A stretch of 64,000 nt of DNA from positions 2,065 through 66,064 of the forward strand of contig CAYIHX010000019.1 of assembly GCA_964363305.1 (NCBI GenBank). The letters run 5' to 3'. Below are positions 58,928 through 64,000 of this stretch, piece after piece. Origin of the DNA: an uncultured Bacteriovoracaceae bacterium (lineage in GTDB: Bacteria; Bdellovibrionota; UBA1018). A program made the position numbers and the translations under genes. Within the stretch, counting starts at the first letter, position 1. Each line of letters begins with the position of its first letter. Below the pieces are notes generated by a model. That model ran no database searches. It was not told the origin of the DNA and saw only the letters and a list, made by a program, of their open reading frames with translations.

Positions 58928-59782
58928 TTAAAGAGCGAAAGCGGCGGAGCGAATGAAAAGCTCGAGTTCTTTGATTCGCCCCGATTGCTCGACTCTCTTT
59001 TGGAGCATCGGATCGGCGGAGCTGTTTTGTAGCTCTTTGAGAGCGCTGAGTCGATTCTTCCACTCATCTACGATCTCCTGGGCGACGACCCAAGTTGGAT
59101 CGCCATGTCTAATCGAGGATTCGTTAACTTTCACATCTGGAAATTTAGATAGCGTGTCTTCAAGAATGTACTGATGATCAACTCCAAAAACAAAAACGAC
59201 ATTCGATGCCTGGATTTTTCTGGCCTCGGTCATACATCTCTCGGCAATCCTTGAGTTGCGAGTGATCCAAAACCCGTCGGCCGCCTCTCCGTCCTTTTTC
59301 AAAATGGTGTCGTGAATTTTTTGAATTAACTGTTTCGCAGGGGTGCTGATAAAAAAATCATACTTTCCTGCGACAGACTTCGTCGCGCGATCCATCAATT
59401 CTTTCTGTTGCTGATCGACAGACGCCTTCACCAAAGGGGAAAGCTCCTTGTAGGTTTTAAAATCAGCTCTCCAATCGACAGCGGCAGAGCTGATGAAAAG
59501 CTCTCTTGCCAGATGTTTTAGAACCACTGTCTCCGGCGGATAGAGGCCAACACGATTTGTGTCCTCATCTTGTGGATCAACTTCCAAGCAAAGAAGCTGG
59601 GGTTGCAGGGCTTTTACGGTGGATTGTAGATCATTCAGAGAGAAGCCATAAATCGGGTCCAGATGAAAGCGGTGGAGGCTGCCTACGACGGTGACGTTCA
59701 CTGTCTTTCGGTTTGCTAGGGTTGCGCATCCACCCCAGCCGCTCATCATCAAAACACATGCCGCAACAACGCGATAACGCAT
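58928..59782 (-). CDS. Exported hypothetical protein (TraB/DUF5694-like metal-site pattern)
   Basis: VVGSLH, LCLEV, TRN, VFGVDH. Confidence 0.7.
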   Translation of the reverse strand: MRYRVVAACVLMMSGWGGCATLANRKTVNVTVVGSLHRFHLDPIYGFSLNDLQSTVKALQPQLLCLEVDPQDEDTNRVGLYPPETVVLKHLARELFISSAAVDWRADFKTYKELSPLVKASVDQQQKELMDRATKSVAGKYDFFISTPAKQLIQKIHDTILKKDGEAADGFWITRNSRIAERCMTEARKIQASNVVFVFGVDHQYILEDTLSKFPDVKVNESSIRHGDPTWVVAQEIVDEWKNRLSALKELQNSSADPMLQKRVEQSGRIKELELFIRSAAFAL

Positions 59783-59859
59783 ACAAAAAGAATATCAGGC
59801 TGTGCACGTTTTTGATAAACTGATCGTAAAAAAGAGGAGCTGGAGTGGCTTCCAGTCAC

Positions 59860-60312
59860 GCTCGGTGTGAACGACTCCAAGGTCGCGCTGGCCCAGAGTT
59901 CGAATCGAGTCTTTCAGTTCGCGGGTGCCCTTGCGCTTGAGTTTGGTAAGCTCACTCCGCGTGTGGCTCTCTCCTGGGCGCGGTGCTGATGTCGCAGGGG
60001 TACGTGGGGATGTCGTTTCTTCCGTTCTGGGGGTTCGTGATCGCCTACGGCGTGCAGCAGGTCGGGAATGCGATGCTCAGCCCCACGAATCGCGGCCAGG
60101 TGATGGCGCTCGCGGAGCCAAAGGTGCGCGGTCGAGTCGCCGCGTTTCGTGGCCTCATGATTGATGTCGGGACGCTTGCTGGGAATTTCGGAGCGCTCGC
60201 GATGATCAGCATGGGCGCGCCGACGGGGTGGGTGTTTGGAGTCGGGGGAGTGGTGATGGGGTTGGTGGCAGTTTATCAGTTTCTCGGGGTTGCGGAATGC
60301 CCCTTCAGGTAG
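59860..60312 (+). pseudogene. MFS transporter C-terminal fragment
   Basis: Hydrophobic helices and EPKVRGRVAAF loop motif; too short, no N-terminal half. Confidence 0.7.
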
Positions 60313-60375
60313 GTGGGTTGCACATCCTGAGACAGACCTATGCTGGCTGCTTCATTTGAATTAGACCCGTTCAGT

Positions 60376-60612
60376 ATGAAGAACCTAATTTTGATCCTAT
60401 CTTTTGGGCTCCTGGCCTCGTCGCAAACATTTGTGTTTGCGGATGCTCCTGTGGATAGAAGTACGCCAGTTCCAACCTGCACTTGCTATGGAGGTCCTGG
60501 CGGCTATCCATACTCGTGCCCAGCGGTGAGCAGGACATGCTACGGAGGGCCGGGGTACTATCCCTACCAATGCTGGGTTTGCCCAGACGGTTCAGTTCCT
60601 CACCCAGGCTGA
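60376..60612 (+). CDS. Small secreted Cys-rich repeat peptide
   Basis: Signal peptide; TCYGGPGGYPYSC / TCYGGPGYYPYQC repeats that differ mainly at synonymous sites. Confidence 0.8.
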   Translation: MKNLILILSFGLLASSQTFVFADAPVDRSTPVPTCTCYGGPGGYPYSCPAVSRTCYGGPGYYPYQCWVCPDGSVPHPG

Positions 60613-60767
60613 AACCTTATCCGGATACCTGCGTGGCGAAAGCGCCTGGTCGATTGTATAGCGAACGGGATGACGGGAGCTACGACTCCTTTCGGCTTTT
60701 TTCAGCTCATTGCGGCTTCGCTTCGATGGGGTATGGGTGTAGGGACGCTTCAGAGGACAGGCAGACA

Positions 60768-61418
60768 ATGAAAACATGGCCATTTCGCATGAGTGCGATA
60801 CTCTCGCTTCTAGTCGTATTTGGAGCGCCAGCGTTCAATACTCCGGCCTACTCATCCGGTTCCTCTTGTGCGCAATTACTCGATCAGGCCATACCTGTTT
60901 TTAATCAGGCGTTTTTTGATCTTCGGATTTATAGGATCGCCGATTGCCAAGCCAACGTCCTTCGTCTTCTCCAGAGCTTGAAAGCTCAGCAGACCGACCT
61001 AAAAGACGCCCAGGTCCTCTACATTTTCCGGGCGACAGCGTCCCTGGATGACCTCGATCGATCTTCTTTGATTTGGCTCCATCCTAAGAGTGCCAAACTG
61101 GGAATCGGTCCCTTCGCGCCCCCGTGGATGTTCCACGTCAATCTCCTGGTGGGAACGAAGATCCTGGACCTCGATTTCGGCCATTGGCCAAGTCCTATTG
61201 ACGCTGAGGAGTATTTCAGAAGGATGTTTCCTCAGCAGGCCGAGATCTATGTGAGGTCTGTTCCTGCGGAGGAGTACCTCGCCGACTACCTGATCGGCAT
61301 CGAAGATCATGACTGGCGCAAATATCTTTTTCACGGAGAGCCCAGGTATCCAGCACGGCGCCTTCCTGACTTTCTTTCTTCGCAGGAAGGTGCCTGCCGA
61401 GAAGCCATGCGGTTTTAG
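60768..61418 (+). CDS. Secreted Cys-His-Asp enzyme resembling N-terminal glutamine amidohydrolase (NTAQ1/WDYHV) or protein glutaminase
   Basis: DCQANV, WMFHV, ILDLD, P..AEEY..RMF, VRSVPAEEYL in NTAQ1-like order. Confidence 0.6.
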   Translation: MKTWPFRMSAILSLLVVFGAPAFNTPAYSSGSSCAQLLDQAIPVFNQAFFDLRIYRIADCQANVLRLLQSLKAQQTDLKDAQVLYIFRATASLDDLDRSSLIWLHPKSAKLGIGPFAPPWMFHVNLLVGTKILDLDFGHWPSPIDAEEYFRRMFPQQAEIYVRSVPAEEYLADYLIGIEDHDWRKYLFHGEPRYPARRLPDFLSSQEGACREAMRF

Positions 61419-61444
61419 ACTTCGGCGGACAGACTTTTGATAAT

Positions 61445-61558
61445 GGCCAGATCATGGCGCTCGCCGAGTTGAAGGTGTGGAGCCGAGTCGCTGTATTTCG
61501 CGGACACATGATTGATATGGGCGCGCCGCTGGGATCGGTGTTTGGGGTCGGTGGTGAT
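61445..61558 (+). repeat. Second, internally deleted copy of the MFS 3' fragment (pairs with 60094-60257)
   Basis: GGCCAG.T.ATGGCGCTCGC, GAGTCGC, CATGATTGAT, ATGGGCGCGCCG, GGTGTTTGG.GTCGG shared. Confidence 0.85.
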
Positions 61559-61600
61559 TTCTCGTTTTTTCGAGTTGGGGGAGGCTGTGGGATAGCTTTC

Positions 61601-62011
61601 TCAGATTGAGATATTTGAGAGGTTCCCATGGAGAATGGTAGCGGCCAGCCCATCAACTTCGTCTTTGCAAGCCTGCTCGGCTAACTGATGCAGCAGAAAA
61701 AGCGGCTTATTCAGGGCATAAGCAAATGCAATTTCGATCAAGGTATTCGCCCCGATGTATCCCGCGATGCCGCGCTTGGGATAGTTGGCGATGAGTACGG
61801 CGTCGGATTCGCGGATCTTACGCAGGTGCGCGTCAATGAATTTTTTCTTCAGCACAGGTTTCTCATTTTCTGGAAGCTGAGAGTAGTCATCTTCGCTTTC
61901 TTCAGCTTGAGGAAGAAACACGGCATAGCCGAACCTTTCCAAGTCCAATTCGAGGTTCTTCATCTCTTCGAAGAACTGCATCGAGCCGCAGATGGAAATG
62001 ATTTTTCTCAT
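61601..62011 (-). CDS. Nucleoside 2-deoxyribosyltransferase-like protein
   Basis: ISICGS, KIRESDAVLIAN, GYIGANTLIEIAFAYALNKP. Confidence 0.75.
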   Translation of the reverse strand: MRKIISICGSMQFFEEMKNLELDLERFGYAVFLPQAEESEDDYSQLPENEKPVLKKKFIDAHLRKIRESDAVLIANYPKRGIAGYIGANTLIEIAFAYALNKPLFLLHQLAEQACKDEVDGLAATILHGNLSNISI

Positions 62012-62159
62012 ACGGGTAACAAGACCCTATAAGGACAAAAAATGGAAACCAAGATTTCAGAGTTCACTGGAGCCTGGGTCCAGTGGGCACTATCTACCCC
62101 CTTGAAGATGAACCTCCTTTTGGGCCTTTTAGCGTATTTAGTAATTTGTGGCGCGATGC

Positions 62160-62941
62160 CCTCGCTTGCCAATCTAGTTGCCATGTCACGCTCGGCGAAG
62201 AACATAGTTCTCATGGGCGACCAGCGACAGCTTGAGCAGCCAATTCAGGGCTCCCACCCCGCCGAGAGCGGTGAATCATGCTTGAACTACCTGATCCAGG
62301 ACCATGCAACTATTCCAGCAGATCTTGGTATTTTTCTCGGGACCACATATCGAATGCGTCCGAAAGTGTGCAAATTTATCTCTGATAATTTTTATGAGTC
62401 GAGACTCATGGCAGACAAGTCAACCCTCGATAATGAACTAGTACTTCATGCCTCATGCAAAATAGTAGGGAAACCCGAGGGTATTTTATTTATCCCTGTT
62501 GAGCACGAGGACTGTTCTCGATCGAGCGAGGAAGAGGCGACCACCATAAACTCGGTGATTGCTGAACTTCTCAAGTCGCAAATCAAGGATACGAACGGTA
62601 CAAGACCGCTCACACTGAAAGACATTCTGGTTGTGGCTCCATATAACCTGCAAGTAAATCTCCTGAAGCAGACTCTTCCAAAGGGCGTTGAAATCGGATC
62701 AGTGGATAAGTTTCAGGGCAGAGAGGCCCCGGTTGTGATTGTGTCCATGTGTTCGAGCACGCTTGATGCTTCACCTCGCGGAGTAGACTTCTTATTCAGT
62801 CCCAACCGCCTGAACGTAGCGCTCTCTCGCGTAAGGTGTCTGGCTATTGTCGTTGGCAATCCAGACTTGTCTGCGACTGACGGCACATCAATCGAGAAGA
62901 TGAGAATGGTGAATTTATTTTGTGGGGTGGTAAACTGTTGA
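62160..62941 (+). pseudogene. C-terminal fragment of a UPF1/DNA2-like SF1 helicase (TM0106-type)
   Basis: LMGDQRQL, TYRM, VVAPYNLQV, VDKFQGREA, NRLNVALSR; Walker A/B missing. Confidence 0.85.
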
Positions 62942-63149
62942 TCTAATAACTGGGGTTCACTGGAACCCAACCAAAAATCCAACATGTCGCTGAGTAGAGT
63001 TGTCGTTAAGAGTTGTATTGTAAAAGAGTCGCTCCCTCAGAAATCGTCTTCCACACCAAGTCGCGGCGTCCAGCGGCAACGGACAAGACGATAAAGGTCA
63101 GGATGACACCCATGGCTTCAGAAAATGACGGCATAGAAGTCTCCTTGAT

Positions 63150-63451
63150 TTAGCGGTTGGCGAATTGTTGCAGGATTCCATAAATAATCTTGAGGCTGGC
63201 TTCATCGAGCTTTCCCAAGAGTACGGTGCATTCCTGACTTAGATTGATTGGTATTTCTTTGCTCGAAAGGTACTCGCTGAACTCTTCGAGCGAATACCCA
63301 TACGCCCGTGTTCGATGTGCACGATGGCAGAGCCATCAATGCCAATCCGGCGTCCGGCTTCGTTCGTTGATAGCCGTCGCGCTAGGCGCATGAAGCGCAA
63401 GATCTGCACCTCGCGCCGGATGGGCACTGCTCGTTTCTTCTTCGTTTTCAT
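63150..63451 (-). pseudogene. Frameshifted XRE-family HTH regulator
   Basis: MKTKKK...IVHIEHGRM in one frame; AYGYSLEEFSEYLSSKEIP...QFANR* continues in another. Confidence 0.65.
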
Positions 63452-63556
63452 ACTCAACCTCCCTTGCGCATCTGAATGCGCGGCATTGTGCTCAGTGGTC
63501 TGAGCAATCTGGAGGTTAAGTACGGAGGGAACGACTACAAGTAGCCACGAAGTAGC

Positions 63557-64000
63557 GTGCGCCAAGAAGTGTGAAAGGAGCGTGTGAGATGCAAAGATCA
63601 CCACCTTAAAGCCGAGCAAGCAGAGGTGAAGTCGCCTCCCGGTTGGGACGAGGGGTAACCCGTCAATTGAGCGGGAGGATGACGAGTGGACAGGCCGAAT
63701 CGTAGAGGTGAACGGTGTTAACCCCCGAAAGGTGGGTGTCGCGGATGCTGACCGGATTGCTATTTCCGGGAAGGCAGTACAGCGGAAGACGCAATGCGAG
63801 TCTTCTGCTGATCCGCCGGGGGCGCCGACCGCGGCATGTCCATCAGAGTCCTTTCATAAACTTGGGAGATCCCGGGACTCGCCCGTAGGAAGCGAGCAGC
63901 CGCCAGCCGAAAGGGAGCGGTGATGAGTCGCGGGAAGTCAGACCGCGCCATGGTACCAGTGAACCGAGTAATGACCGGGGAGGGACGGGCGCGGCGGAAA
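63557..64000 (+). mobile_element. Group II intron 5' portion (domains I-III), truncated by the window end
   Basis: GTGCG 5' end; CCCCGAAA, GAAGGCA, GGCATG, AACTTGGGAGATCCC, GAAGTCAGA..CATGGTACC..GGAGGGACGGGC motifs; EBS1 GCTATT (63759-63764) complementary to exon AGTAGC (63551-63556). Confidence 0.88.

Noticed and set aside
60483-60767. N-terminal 95 aa of the 311-aa ORF
   Set aside because: Alternative frame over the Cys-rich peptide gene; the signal peptide begins at 60768 or 60789
52176-63556. Classical integron cassette array
   Set aside because: No intI, no recurring attC-like GTTRRRY palindromes seen, and genes lie on both strands

Overview
GC-rich bacterial chromosomal segment. Gene content (two TIGR02147-type HTH proteins, vWA lipoproteins, many secreted peptidases, HD-GYP and sigma54 regulators) suggests Bdellovibrionota/Oligoflexia; this is an inference. 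Positions 1-51.8 kb are mostly core genes (srkA, glpD, mlaD, queA, tcdA, spoT-gmk-yicC-accA, engB, serA, cyclophilin, rapA, tRNA-Leu(CAA)). This part also holds a REP-associated HUH transposase flanked by two long related palindromes (2.2-3.3 kb), an unrelated 27-bp perfect hairpin at the end of a response regulator, and a small decayed islet behind the tRNA (zinc-peptidase tail, lipoprotein, hipBA remnant). From 51.8 kb to the end is a mosaic accessory region. Intact secreted-protein genes are interleaved with duplicated gene ends and fragments (duplicated small gene, DUF1016 remnant, IS4 end, MFS tail twice, helicase tail, broken HTH). It includes a repeat-bracketed two-gene cassette (Cys-rich repeat peptide plus secreted NTAQ1/glutaminase-like enzyme) and ends in the 5' part of a group II intron with a visible EBS1-IBS1 pairing. 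No CRISPR array or rRNA was seen. All family assignments come from motif recognition by eye, not database searches.
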